Shown here piece by piece: positions 1 through 10,600 of a DNA stretch of 64,000 nucleotides. The notes beneath the pieces were generated by a model. It was not told the DNA's origin. It saw nothing but the letters and a program-made list of their open reading frames with translations, and made no database searches. Location of the stretch: contig CAZDXB010000005.1 of assembly GCA_964509335.1 (NCBI GenBank), positions 16,926-80,925 on the forward strand. The letters run 5' to 3'. The position numbers were made by a program, and so were the translations under genes. Position 1 is the stretch's first letter. Each line of letters opens with the position of its first letter. The stretch comes from an uncultured Hyphomicrobiales bacterium (GTDB lineage: Bacteria; Bacteroidota; Ignavibacteria; Kapaibacteriales; UBA2268).

Positions 1-1532
1 GCGTCTGCGTCAGTTAAAGCTTCCGAGGATTCTAATGTCCCTATATAAAAAGGAGCATCCGTTTCCGTGGGATATCCCTCGGTTCTCGCTCTAAATGCCG
101 GATACATTCCGTCTTGCAAATAAAGCATCCAAGCGCCTTCCTCGGGAGAACTCGGACCGCCGCTTGAAGCGACTATAGCCGGTTCTACGCCGCTTTCGGC
201 GACGCCGGCTTCGTTCAAATTAACCCAAGCTTCTACGGTCAATTGAGTGGCGTTCGAATAGCTATCCTTCGTCCTCAAATACTCGTCGGTACCATTGAAT
301 TGAACAAAGAACAATCTTGAAATTCCAAAAACGCTCTCGCTTTGTCCGTAAGTAGAAGTCGTACTTCTATTATCGATATCCGAGCCGACTCCTGAAGTTG
401 ATAGTTGAGTCAATCTTACCTTGGCGTTTTCAGACCTGTTCGAAAAGCTCTCGTCTGAAGCCCAAATCACTCTAACTATCCCGTCGTAACCGTCGCCGCC
501 GGACGTTAACGGGTCGCCGTCGGCTTTAGTTATAATATAACCGGGAACGCCGCCGAAGCGCGTTTCCAAATCGCCCGAAGCGTAATTGTCGTAATCCGAC
601 GTCTTAATAGAATCGCCAGTTTCGGCAAACCTCATTACGTCCGTCCAAGAAGAACCGCCGTCCAGCGAATAAGTCATCTCATACGCAACGTAAGGAGTAC
701 CGTAAGAATAACTGTCCGAATTAATCAAACCGCTACGCTCGAAATATACGGGATAACCCGCCACAGGCATCGATAAGTATTGAGCGTCCCTATCGACCGA
801 TTCGTTCGGTCCTCTGGGGTTCAATATCGTGATGCCTTTAATATTAGTTTCCGCTGGGTCGTTATAAGTAACGTCCGAAAGCTCGATTGTAGTTCCGTCA
901 ACGTCGTTATATGAATACGCCGGATAAGCTCTGGTATTATGCCCAATGCCTACCGTTGACGTATCGCTTAACGATGAATGGTCGGTAATATCAAAGACAA
1001 TCAAAGCGACAAAACTGCCTAGTCCGTCAGTCCCCGGTTGAATGCCTTGAGTCGAAGCATCTCCGCTGAAATTTACCTCAATTTCGCTATAGCCGTATCC
1101 AGAACCGTCGGGGTAAATCGAACCCGTGTTCACTTGAATCGCCGAGTATCCGTTATCGTTATGAAAAGGCGATTCTATCGCCTGATACGGATAATCGGGT
1201 ATTTCGTCGGTTTGCTCACGATTAACGTCCGTTATAACAGAATCGGTTTCGTAATAAGTATAATCATCTGGAGCCGCCGGATCTAAAAAATCGCTTCTAT
1301 AATTAATAGAAAAAGTGAAGTCTCCTAATTTTGGAGCGCCGCTAGAAAGCGATTTAGCCCAAATCTCGGCTCCTACTTGATCGCCAAGCCTACGAACTTT
1401 AATCGTAAACTCATAGTTTTGCGCGCTCAAAATATCCGCGCCAAGTATTAGCAATGCCGTCGAAAGAGCGAGGAACCACTTCAATATCGACTTGCGTCCT
1501 CGTCTTTCTGTGTTAAGTCTTTGTGCTAACAT
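1..1532 (-). CDS. Large secreted cohesin-like/LamG protein, paralog of 7656..13706; runs off the left edge of the window
   Basis: Not in the ORF track. Manual translation from ATG 1532: MLAQRLNTERRGRKSILKWFLALSTALLILGADILSAQNYEFTIKVRRLGDQVGAEIWAK...GYPVYFERS...SNATQLTVEAWVNL...EGAWMLYLQDGMYPAFR. Colinear with the 2016-aa protein, and the same frame holds at both ends of the interval. Confidence 0.9.
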   Translation of the reverse strand, partial: MLAQRLNTERRGRKSILKWFLALSTALLILGADILSAQNYEFTIKVRRLGDQVGAEIWAKSLSSGAPKLGDFTFSINYRSDFLDPAAPDDYTYYETDSVITDVNREQTDEIPDYPYQAIESPFHNDNGYSAIQVNTGSIYPDGSGYGYSEIEVNFSGDASTQGIQPGTDGLGSFVALIVFDITDHSSLSDTSTVGIGHNTRAYPAYSYNDVDGTTIELSDVTYNDPAETNIKGITILNPRGPNESVDRDAQYLSMPVAGYPVYFERSGLINSDSYSYGTPYVAYEMTYSLDGGSSWTDVMRFAETGDSIKTSDYDNYASGDLETRFGGVPGYIITKADGDPLTSGGDGYDGIVRVIWASDESFSNRSENAKVRLTQLSTSGVGSDIDNRSTTSTYGQSESVFGISRLFFVQFNGTDEYLRTKDSYSNATQLTVEAWVNLNEAGVAESGVEPAIVASSGGPSSPEEGAWMLYLQDGMYPAFRARTEGYPTETDAPFYIGTLESSEALTDAD

Positions 1533-1613
1533 AATATTAATTCCTTTTTGATTTATTTTAAATAACACTTATTTCAAGTTAAATCCAACGCTAAAGGCAA
1601 AAGGGGGATACCC

Positions 1614-4600
1614 TTATTGGGTATCCGCCTTATAATCCGTTTGCCTATGTAATACATAAACTCTATAAGGTGTTAAACTGTATTCGCCGTCGGCGCTATA
1701 TATTTTCACATAGTAATCGCCATTCGGCAAATTGTTTAGTACTAACACTTCGTCTTCGGTACCGCTTATCTTCGACCTTCTTAGCAATCTTCCATCCGAG
1801 CGATATAACTCTATTGTATAGTTCTCTGGCAATCCCGTTAAATTCACTCTGATGTTGTTGTAATTGTTCTCAAAATCGGGTCTAAAGCTAAACCAGTCAA
1901 CGTCGCTCGCTGAACTAATTAAGCCCGAATACGAAGTCCCGTCCGAATCTATGAACTTCGCGTCCGTTTGCACGTCGTTTGACTCATAAGAATCGGCTAT
2001 TCTACTATTCGGATTGTTTGTAGCGTCGGATGTGTTGTAATTCACAGTCGTGTTATCTGTAGTAGTGTTGTCTCCGGACCCTGTGTTATACTCAAACGCT
2101 TTAAAGTAATACGTCTGACCATATTGCAAGGAAGTTACGTTCACGGTATTGCCCGTGCCGGTGTAAAGAACGTATCCTTGACCTATGGAAGTTCCGGAAC
2201 CGTATGCCGCGTCAGCGTTGGTAAACGTCGCCGATTGATCGCTCGGAGTCTCGCTAGTCGATATTGCCGAACCGGCTTTGCCGATTAATACGACTTCATC
2301 TCCGTCTCCTCGCACCCAATTAACAGTAACTTGAGTGTTTGTTCCTAACGACATATCGCTGAACGAAATCTCGTTTGCTTGAATCGCGGGTTCCGGAGCT
2401 AAAGTGTACCTACTGCCAGATGCGTATTGCGATACAAAGTAATTCTCTTTAGCGGAGCTGCCGTTAAACTCATAGACTCTCGCGTAATACTGTGTATTTG
2501 GCACCAAGCCGGTTACGGTTACAGTATTGCCGTCTTCCTTGTAAACTACGTAACCTACGCTCGAACCGCTACCAATAGCTGAACCGGAACCATACACAGT
2601 ACTGGCTGTATAGGTGTTAGTGTCGGTCGGAGTAGTAGTCGGGTCGGCTGTTCCAACAACGACGAGCGAATAATCTCCGCCGCCGGAACTTGGCTTAGTC
2701 CAAGTCAATTGCATCGAATTAGCGGTTACGTTCGAGAACGTTAAACCGGTCGATTTCGATGTCGGTTCGCTGTTCTTAGTCGTGAAATTAGCTTGGTCTT
2801 CGTAGGTATTCGTCGTTCCGTCCGAAGCTTCATCCCAAGTAAGATAGTTAGCTCCATAACCAGAACCGTTATATTTATAAACTTTAACGTAATAAGTAGT
2901 CTCGCCGGATAGACCGGTTAAATTAACCGAGCTTCCAGTTCCTTTATAAACTACTACGCTTCCAGTTCCCGTTGTTCCGTTTGTCGAAGCGGGACTTGAA
3001 AAGTCCGCCGAAGCGTTGTAATCTATACCGTCTTCGGGATTAGCAGGCATACTTCCGGCTTTAACCACTACCAAAGCGTCGTCGCTGCCGGCGTTCGTCC
3101 AATTTACGGTGGCAGTAGAAGCTTCGATATCCGCAACAGAAACGCCGTCAAAGAATGTAGTCGGCTCTGAATAATAAACCGTTATATCGCTCAAAGTGTC
3201 TGCCGTCAAGCTCATTCCGGCTGTAGTAGCCGCTTTTAAACTAAATTCGCTTGATGTGCTTTCCGTCGTAAACTGCAAGTTCTCAACCTTTCCGGTACTG
3301 TTGTTTACCGATAAACTTATAGTGTTGTTAGCGTTCAATGTCGTTCCGCCTAAAGGCGTCAAAGTTATCGTAGTCGCTTGGTCAACCTTCTGCGGATAAC
3401 CATTGGCGTCAACGGCTTTAACTTGCACCACAATGTTTTCGTCCGCGATTATTTCGTTTTCGCCTTTAGCTTTATCGTCGTCGGAATTCAAAGCGTCCAT
3501 TGAAAACGCGGTAAACTCTAATTTCGTAGGCGAGCCGGGTATTGGGGCGCTCTTGACAGTCAACGAATTGCCTTCGTAAGGACCGCCTTCAGGAACGGTA
3601 GCCGGACTCGTTAAACTTACGTCCGAATAAGAGTTAATCTTGCATTTTATTGTTCCATTCGCGTTGGCGTCCGACTTTACGTCCACTATTACAATATATT
3701 CAGTGGTTTCGCCGGCAGTTAAAGACTCGCCTAAACCGCTAAACGTCAATATTCCGGTGCTTTCGTCTATATTCGCTATAGAAGATAAAGCGCCCTCTCC
3801 ATTATCTTTTATACCGTTCTTATTAGCGTCGTTATATAATTCAAAATTCTCAAAATCGTCATACTCGGCGCCGTCGCCTACGGTTACTTTGACGTTAACC
3901 GAATTGAAAGTTATCGATTCCGCGCCTTCGGGAGTGTCGAGAGAGAATCCGTAAATAGTCTGGTCGTTCGCGTTCTTCTCCAGCGGTCCCGACGACGGTG
4001 AGTTCGCCGAACTTAACGCTATGTCTAAAGCTCCAAACGAATAAGTCGGACCTGTTATCGTTTGATTCATCTTATAGATATTATTCATAGTCATATCGTC
4101 TTGGTCGAATTCGGCGTAAATAGACGGCGTCGATGAATTAACCGTCGAATTTACGTCAGCCACTATGAAATAATATTCTGTTTGACCGGCTGTAAAGCTT
4201 TGCGCCAAACTTGAGAACTGAACTGTGCTTTCGGATAATGAACCGGTAGCTTCAGCCGTACCATAAGCGTAATCAGATAAATCGCTGTTGTTATCTTTAT
4301 ATATTTCAAAATCAGAAAATATTCCCGAAGGAGTCCTATTGAAGTCTAAGTTCAGAGCGGTAAATTTATCTTCCGCAGAGCTAACGTCCGAGGTCGCCGT
4401 CAAGCTGAATCCAAGAATAGTTTTATTCGTTGAATTAGCCGCCAGCGGCGATTCGTCAACTAAGTTATCGTTGTGTATATTCTCTGTCGGGAAATACGCT
4501 ATTTTTAGGAACTTAGGAGCTACCATATAATAGCCGGTATTTCTATTTATCGACGATAATGTTACTTTGTTCGTTGAAGCTGTTACGCTTCCAGATGTAT

Positions 4601-7103
4601 GCCACCATTTCGTCGTTGTGCTAGATGCCGAACTTGTATACTCGCTCGCGTCGGCTATTTGAGATATATAAGCGGTGAGATACTCTTCGGTATTGCCGTT
4701 TAACTCGGACTCGTCGTAACCGAAGGTTGCCGATGTAGTACTCGTCAAATCAGTTCCCGTAACATAGAAATATCTCTCAATACTTGACAACCCGTCTATT
4801 GTCCTCGGTCTATGATACCTCTTAACTTGAATGCTCGTTCCGGCGTCTAATCCGCCAAATCCAAGACCTGACGCGTTAATGTCGGAGTAACCGACTTGCT
4901 CGCTAGTAGCCGGCGTGGCAATATATCCAGCCGAACCGGCTTTCGAACTAAGTACCGTATTGCCCGTTGATTCGGCGAGAGCGCATCCAGTATGGCTGAA
5001 CTGAATGAAATAATCGCCGTTTAGGTCAATATCGCCGTTGGTGAGGGTCAAAGTCGCTGAAGATTCGGCAAATGTCGCCGAAGCTCCCATATATAAATCG
5101 CCCTCCATAACCAAACCGTTTGAATTGTCCAGCTCAACGTCGTCCAAATGACAACTTCCATTATTCTTGAACCTTTGTTCGCCGGTTCCATTGAACAAAA
5201 CGTCGCCGTCTATGCCGTCGTTGCCGGTAAAGCTGGCGGTCGCTCCGCTAGCGACAATGAAATCGCCTTTTACCTTTAAGTTATTAGCGTTGTCGTCATC
5301 GTCAGCCGTGCCGGTAAATTTCAAACTATAAAACTGATGAGCGTCTTTCGTCGTTGTCGCGAAAGGATCGCCCGTAATCGAGAAAGTAACGATTCCGTCG
5401 CTCGCGTTAAACGCTCCTGACGAAGCGCTGCTTCCAAGATATATTTGATTTCCTACCGTGAAATCCGAACTAGTGTTTAAGACCTTGCCTGAGTTATCTT
5501 CGACTTTTACGTCATAGAACTTACAAGTTCCTTCGTTTGTAAGAGTCATAGGCGTATTCCCGCCAAGCGTTACGGTCGCGCTGTTGGTGTTGGCGTCAAA
5601 TTCGCTATTTCCTTTTATAGTTAAATCGCCCCAAATTGTAACCGTTGAACTAGAAGCTAAAACAACCTTTGTGTTGTTCGCGTTATCTCTTAAAGTTAAG
5701 TCGTTAAACATTAACCCGTCCGGGCTATTGTTTAGATTTTCAATCTTTTTATCTCCCGTTTGTCCGGTAGTATCAACAAAAACGACCGTCGAGGGAGCCG
5801 TAAATGACGCGCTCGAATTACTATAATTTCGAAAATCTCCAGTCAACATTAAATCCGTATTCGAATAAAAAGTGTTATTAGAAGAATTATAGATTCTAAC
5901 GTCGTTTAATTGCATAATTCCGTTGCTTGAAACCGACGTTCCTACGTTCGCCGAGGCGGTCGTTTCAAGGAAAGTCATAGTTCCAGAAGTCTGAACGAAC
6001 GAACCGGTTCCCTCAACTGTCAAATTATTGCCTCCAGTCGAAAAACCGTTTATCGTCGCGCTCGAAGCGGTAGTTATGTGTGAGCCGTCGGTTACAGTCA
6101 AATCAAAGAAACTGATGTTTGAGTTGCCCGATAAAGACTTAGGCGAATTCTTCGAGCCGTTGTTGTCAAATTTAAGGTTGCCGGCAGTCGCTAAGTATGC
6201 GCCGCCGCCGCCTTTATCGAAATTCCCCGTTACGGTGTAACCCGTACTGGGCGAGAATGTTCCCGAATTGCCTGAAGTATTAAAATAAACGTTGGCAAAT
6301 TCACAATCGGCGGGAGCGTCGCTTACTACTTTAGGCGAAACATATACGTTCCCCCCAGCGTCGTCGTTTATCGTTATAGTTCCCGACGATGCAGAAAATT
6401 TAGCGCCGTTCTCTAAATGAAAGTAACCTTCGTCAATTGTGAAATCAGACGAAGTCGTTACGTTCGAAGCCGTAGAAGCCAGCTTTAAACTATAAAGCGT
6501 CAACGTTCCCAAATCTGGAACGTCGATTGAACTATTCGCTCCGGTTATCGTGCAAGTGCCGCTAGACTGCGTAAGAGTCGTATTGTCGTTTAGAGTTAAA
6601 TCTCCGCCCAACTTAAAACTCTTGTCAATCGTCGCCGCCGAACCTTGCGGCAAGGTAAAATCGTTGAATTCGATGTTGTCTTTCCCAACGCAAGTTATCG
6701 CTTTCGAACTTGAATTGTCCATAATTATATTCATTCTGCCGTCGCTGTTGCTACCTACGATATTTGCCGTGTTGTCGCTTCCGTAGGTATATATCTTTTC
6801 TTTAACGGTCAAAGCGTATGTTCCGGATGTAGCGGGCTTTAAGGTTCCCGTTACTTCCAACCTATAAACGCTTTGGTCGCCGTTTAGGTACGCCGTTTGA
6901 CCAGTTGGAATATCAACATAGTCCGTTTCCGTTGGGACGCTGCCTCCGGTCCAGTTCGCGGAGTTTGACCAGTTGCCGCTAGTGCCTGTGGCGGCCGAAA
7001 ACGTAATAGTCGAAGACTGCCCCCAAGCCTGAGAGCCGCCTATCAAAGCTAAGACTATTGCGAGTAGAAAACTCAGATTAATTAAACGTTTTGTCTTTTT
7101 CAT
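1614..7103 (-). CDS. Giant secreted Ser/Thr/Gly-rich surface protein (beta-helix-like N-half, two Ig-like repeats, three FN3-like repeats, C-terminal PPC-like domain)
   Basis: Signal peptide (..SQAWG/Q); repeated EPT...TYYVKVYKYNG, QYYARVYEFNG and TYYFKAFEYN units; C-terminal DSYESND...SDVDWFSF...GDYYVKI typical of PPC domains. Confidence 0.8.
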   Translation of the reverse strand: MKKTKRLINLSFLLAIVLALIGGSQAWGQSSTITFSAATGTSGNWSNSANWTGGSVPTETDYVDIPTGQTAYLNGDQSVYRLEVTGTLKPATSGTYALTVKEKIYTYGSDNTANIVGSNSDGRMNIIMDNSSSKAITCVGKDNIEFNDFTLPQGSAATIDKSFKLGGDLTLNDNTTLTQSSGTCTITGANSSIDVPDLGTLTLYSLKLASTASNVTTSSDFTIDEGYFHLENGAKFSASSGTITINDDAGGNVYVSPKVVSDAPADCEFANVYFNTSGNSGTFSPSTGYTVTGNFDKGGGGAYLATAGNLKFDNNGSKNSPKSLSGNSNISFFDLTVTDGSHITTASSATINGFSTGGNNLTVEGTGSFVQTSGTMTFLETTASANVGTSVSSNGIMQLNDVRIYNSSNNTFYSNTDLMLTGDFRNYSNSSASFTAPSTVVFVDTTGQTGDKKIENLNNSPDGLMFNDLTLRDNANNTKVVLASSSTVTIWGDLTIKGNSEFDANTNSATVTLGGNTPMTLTNEGTCKFYDVKVEDNSGKVLNTSSDFTVGNQIYLGSSASSGAFNASDGIVTFSITGDPFATTTKDAHQFYSLKFTGTADDDDNANNLKVKGDFIVASGATASFTGNDGIDGDVLFNGTGEQRFKNNGSCHLDDVELDNSNGLVMEGDLYMGASATFAESSATLTLTNGDIDLNGDYFIQFSHTGCALAESTGNTVLSSKAGSAGYIATPATSEQVGYSDINASGLGFGGLDAGTSIQVKRYHRPRTIDGLSSIERYFYVTGTDLTSTTSATFGYDESELNGNTEEYLTAYISQIADASEYTSSASSTTTKWWHTSGSVTASTNKVTLSSINRNTGYYMVAPKFLKIAYFPTENIHNDNLVDESPLAANSTNKTILGFSLTATSDVSSAEDKFTALNLDFNRTPSGIFSDFEIYKDNNSDLSDYAYGTAEATGSLSESTVQFSSLAQSFTAGQTEYYFIVADVNSTVNSSTPSIYAEFDQDDMTMNNIYKMNQTITGPTYSFGALDIALSSANSPSSGPLEKNANDQTIYGFSLDTPEGAESITFNSVNVKVTVGDGAEYDDFENFELYNDANKNGIKDNGEGALSSIANIDESTGILTFSGLGESLTAGETTEYIVIVDVKSDANANGTIKCKINSYSDVSLTSPATVPEGGPYEGNSLTVKSAPIPGSPTKLEFTAFSMDALNSDDDKAKGENEIIADENIVVQVKAVDANGYPQKVDQATTITLTPLGGTTLNANNTISLSVNNSTGKVENLQFTTESTSSEFSLKAATTAGMSLTADTLSDITVYYSEPTTFFDGVSVADIEASTATVNWTNAGSDDALVVVKAGSMPANPEDGIDYNASADFSSPASTNGTTGTGSVVVYKGTGSSVNLTGLSGETTYYVKVYKYNGSGYGANYLTWDEASDGTTNTYEDQANFTTKNSEPTSKSTGLTFSNVTANSMQLTWTKPSSGGGDYSLVVVGTADPTTTPTDTNTYTASTVYGSGSAIGSGSSVGYVVYKEDGNTVTVTGLVPNTQYYARVYEFNGSSAKENYFVSQYASGSRYTLAPEPAIQANEISFSDMSLGTNTQVTVNWVRGDGDEVVLIGKAGSAISTSETPSDQSATFTNADAAYGSGTSIGQGYVLYTGTGNTVNVTSLQYGQTYYFKAFEYNTGSGDNTTTDNTTVNYNTSDATNNPNSRIADSYESNDVQTDAKFIDSDGTSYSGLISSASDVDWFSFRPDFENNYNNIRVNLTGLPENYTIELYRSDGRLLRRSKISGTEDEVLVLNNLPNGDYYVKIYSADGEYSLTPYRVYVLHRQTDYKADTQ

Positions 7104-7215
7104 GACTCATTCCTAATATTTGATAAATAATATTTAACTTACTTTCTCTCTTTGAAAATTTTTCGCATAAGCTATATAATATAAGCTATCGCCGCGATCG
7201 GTTAGAACCCTAATT

Positions 7216-7257
7216 TTACCCCGGCGACCGGATGTCTGGTAGTTTTAATTCTTTCAT
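7216..7257 (-). other. Candidate 13-aa leader ORF MKELKLPDIRSPG*
   Basis: GGGAGG Shine-Dalgarno-like sequence 5 nt before ATG 7257; stop lies about 110 nt upstream of the 1829-aa gene on the same strand. Confidence 0.3.
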
Positions 7258-7520
7258 AGAATCCTCCCTAATTGGTTAAACAATGCCCACTTCCTGTGGT
7301 AGTATATCTATTAGATTTCCTTCTTTTTCCAATGAACGTCTGAAATTCGTTATCGAAGTTTATCGGCTTCATTTTTTTAAACTTTAGCGCTAACTGAAAA
7401 AAAGTTAACCGCTTTTAATAAATAAAGTCCAAAAGCCGCTCTGTTTAAATTCCTAAAAAAACTTAAACCTCCGACGACAAATTCAAAATAATTTTTAAAA
7501 AACTAGGGATGAACAAATAG

Positions 7521-7560
7521 GAAAGCTCTTTCCGATTTCGCTTCGGAAACGCTCTTTTTT
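7521..7560. terminator. Hairpin, possible intrinsic terminator downstream of the 2016-aa gene
   Basis: TTTCCGA (7529-7535) / TCGGAAA (7543-7549) stem with T-rich tails on both strands. Confidence 0.4.
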
Positions 7561-7655
7561 GGCAAGATAACTTTGCATCCTCGCCTCTAAGGAAAGTTTT
7601 AAGACTTCCTTGTCTAAAAAGAAGCATAGCCGCCTCCTTTGTCAATCCCTTGATT

Positions 7656-10600
7656 TTATTTAATAAAACTAATCTTCCTGATAATCTTATAATTCTCAGA
7701 TTCAATCTTTACGTAGTAAATCCCTTCCGGAAATTCATTCAAGTCTAATTCAATTATGTTATAACCTTTATTATATATAACGGGTCCGATATTATTTAAA
7801 GTTTCTCCCAATGAATTTACTACGTCTATCCTAATTAGCTTTCTTTCGCGCGTTTCGAAATACAACTTCGCTATTCCAGAGCAGGGATTCGGATAAAACT
7901 CGCCGAAAGAATCGTCGATTTTCGAATACTCGACGTCCGTAGAGCTTACTATTCTAAAAACGTCAGATTTTCCGAAGCTCATATCGCTATCGCCGTTCCA
8001 AATAGCTCTAAGCAAGCAATTGTCGGAAACCGCGGCGTTGTCAACCCTCCAATCGTACTCGCCGTCCAATGCGAATACGCTATCCTCGATTGTCCTCCAG
8101 CTCGCGCCGCCATTCTCGCTCACTTGCATATCAAACCGCGCTACTCCCCGATAATTCCATTTCAATTTCTCTACCGAACCTAACCAAAGACTGTCGCCCC
8201 TTCTCGGTTTGATGAAATCTATATATCCTCTCAATATCTTAAACTCGCCGCTTCTGGCAATCTCGCTTCCGCTTTCCATATCGACCAATCTAACAATGGC
8301 GCTCTTTGTCGTTACGGAAGGAATATCCCACAACATAAATCCGTCCGAAGCGCTTACGTTAGAATCCAAAACGAACCAACTCGCTCCGCCGTCGCCGGTA
8401 AATTCGATTTTCAATCTTTCGTATCCGACAGTCTCCCAAATAATCGAATCACGCTCTCCGGCTTTATACAGCGGGTCGTAAGCGGAAGGCTTTATAATAG
8501 AAGCGCGGCTTCGTAAAATCGCAAACTCGTCGTCGCTCCTGTCCAATTCCTTCATAGTTTGCGCGTCTAAAATTCTTATCAAGTAATCGCTACCGTAAGA
8601 GTTTGGCGTAGTCCAAGAGCAAACGCCGTCCTTTACGTTTACCGTATCGCCGATAAAAGTCCAATTATAACCGCCGTTGTTAGAATACTGTATGAAAGCT
8701 GGAGCCGTCCCGTCGGTCTGCCATCTTATTTGTATTTCCTTATTTGCCGAAAAACCTTCGCCGCCATTCGGATAAGCTACTTCGGCGTCATATAAAATCA
8801 ACGGCTCGATGTCCTCGAATATGCCTTCTTCGGTAACGTTCACCGAATCGGTCGTATGAACGGAAGTTATTTCGTGCCATTTCAATACAACCGCGTTCTT
8901 CTTCGATTCCAACGCAAAACGTAGAGTTCCCAAATAAGTCTCCGCTCTCGGAACGTTTATCCCCGGCTTGTTCGAACGGGCGTCGTAATCTACTTCTATC
9001 GTCCTCAAATTAGGTATGGGTATCGTCGCCCCCGAACTTGGCGCGCTCTTCAATTCCGCGTAGCCGCTCGCCGTATCGTTGCGAAAAACGACGCTGTCTT
9101 TGCCCGTTAAATCGATAAACTCCATTACCGTAGGATTATAATCAACGCCAAAAGTCGCGTTAGCTAATCCAAAATCGACCCCTACGTTCTTTATATAAAG
9201 CGATAAATGAACGGTGTCTCGTCTAATCAAGGGTTCCGCGGTTACCACGTATTTAATTCCGCCCGCTAACGTATTTTCTTTCTTATTAACAATCTTTTTA
9301 GAATTTGCGAACTCATAATTCCGCTCGTCTTTTCCGCCGCCGACAATCAAATCTTCCGTTTCCTCTTGAGCTTGAGGAAAATCAACGTCGTGAATAGAAG
9401 ATATTTTGCCAAAATTCCTATCGACAATAGTTCTATCGTCGGCGTTAACGTAGCCGTCGCCCGTTACGTCCGAGCGAACTAATCCCGAACCGGCGTCTAA
9501 TCTAACGCGCACTCTATCGGCGGCGTTGATTTGGTTGTCCTGATTTACGTCGCCGCCAACCATAGCCGGCATAGCGTAACTCGAACCGCCCGCCGCGCCG
9601 CCGCTATAAATCAAGCCCGTAGTCGAGTATTGTTCTTTTGTCGAAGTTGAGTAAGCGTCGCCGTAAGCCGTATAAGCCCCGTATTCCCAAGGATTGTCGT
9701 CGGGTTTCAGCAAAACGTTCTCGTCTTCGCCGTTCCAAGAGGTAAAGTCCCAACCGGATTCAATTTCCCAAGTAGAAATAACGTCCCCTTCGTAAACGAA
9801 CGGAGCGGCGAAACGGGACATAATCGGCAAATGATTAATATGGTCAACCACCACCCAATAATCGTCGTCGGTTAAATCGGTAAAAACAAAGTTTACGTTC
9901 GCGAATCTATTGTTTCCGTTTTTTAAATTTGCCGGATCTTTTCCGTCGTATCCGTAAATCGATTCCGCCGAATCGACCAAAACTCCCAAGGAACCCTTAT
10001 TATCGGTGTAAAGCTTAATCTTTAATCCGCCGGTCGAATAAGTCGAACCCAAATCTCTCAGATTCCTGCCGGAAACAGCTCCGTCGTGCCTGCCTTCAAG
10101 TAAAGTTCTTATCGTAAAATTAGTTTCGGGCGTAATAGTAAAAATCGGTCCTTCAACCGTAATTGTATCGGTTTCCCCGTTAATAATATAATCGCCGGTC
10201 AATCTCAAACGAGCGTTAACGAGAGCGGCTGAAATAGGTCCTTGGTCCCTAAAAGTTCCGTCGTTATCTAAATCGGGGTCGGCAACGGAAAAATCCACTT
10301 GCGCGGCTATATAAACTTCCTCGCCTTCGCCTTCAAATTTATAAGATTCCGTCTCAGGGAAAGAAATCGACTGCTCTTGCGTTCCGTCCCAATATTTACC
10401 GCCGAGATACTGATAAGGCTGCACTAAATTACCTCCGCCCCCTCTGATGGAAAATTCAAGCGACGGAGCGACGTTTTGTTTGCCCGCTGTGAAACCCGTT
10501 CCGTTATAATCAAACCCAACCCAGCGAACTTTCACGTCGGTATCGGTATTAGCTACTTTTTGTTTGAACGCGGGCTCCGCTATTTTAAAATAAGGTTTTG

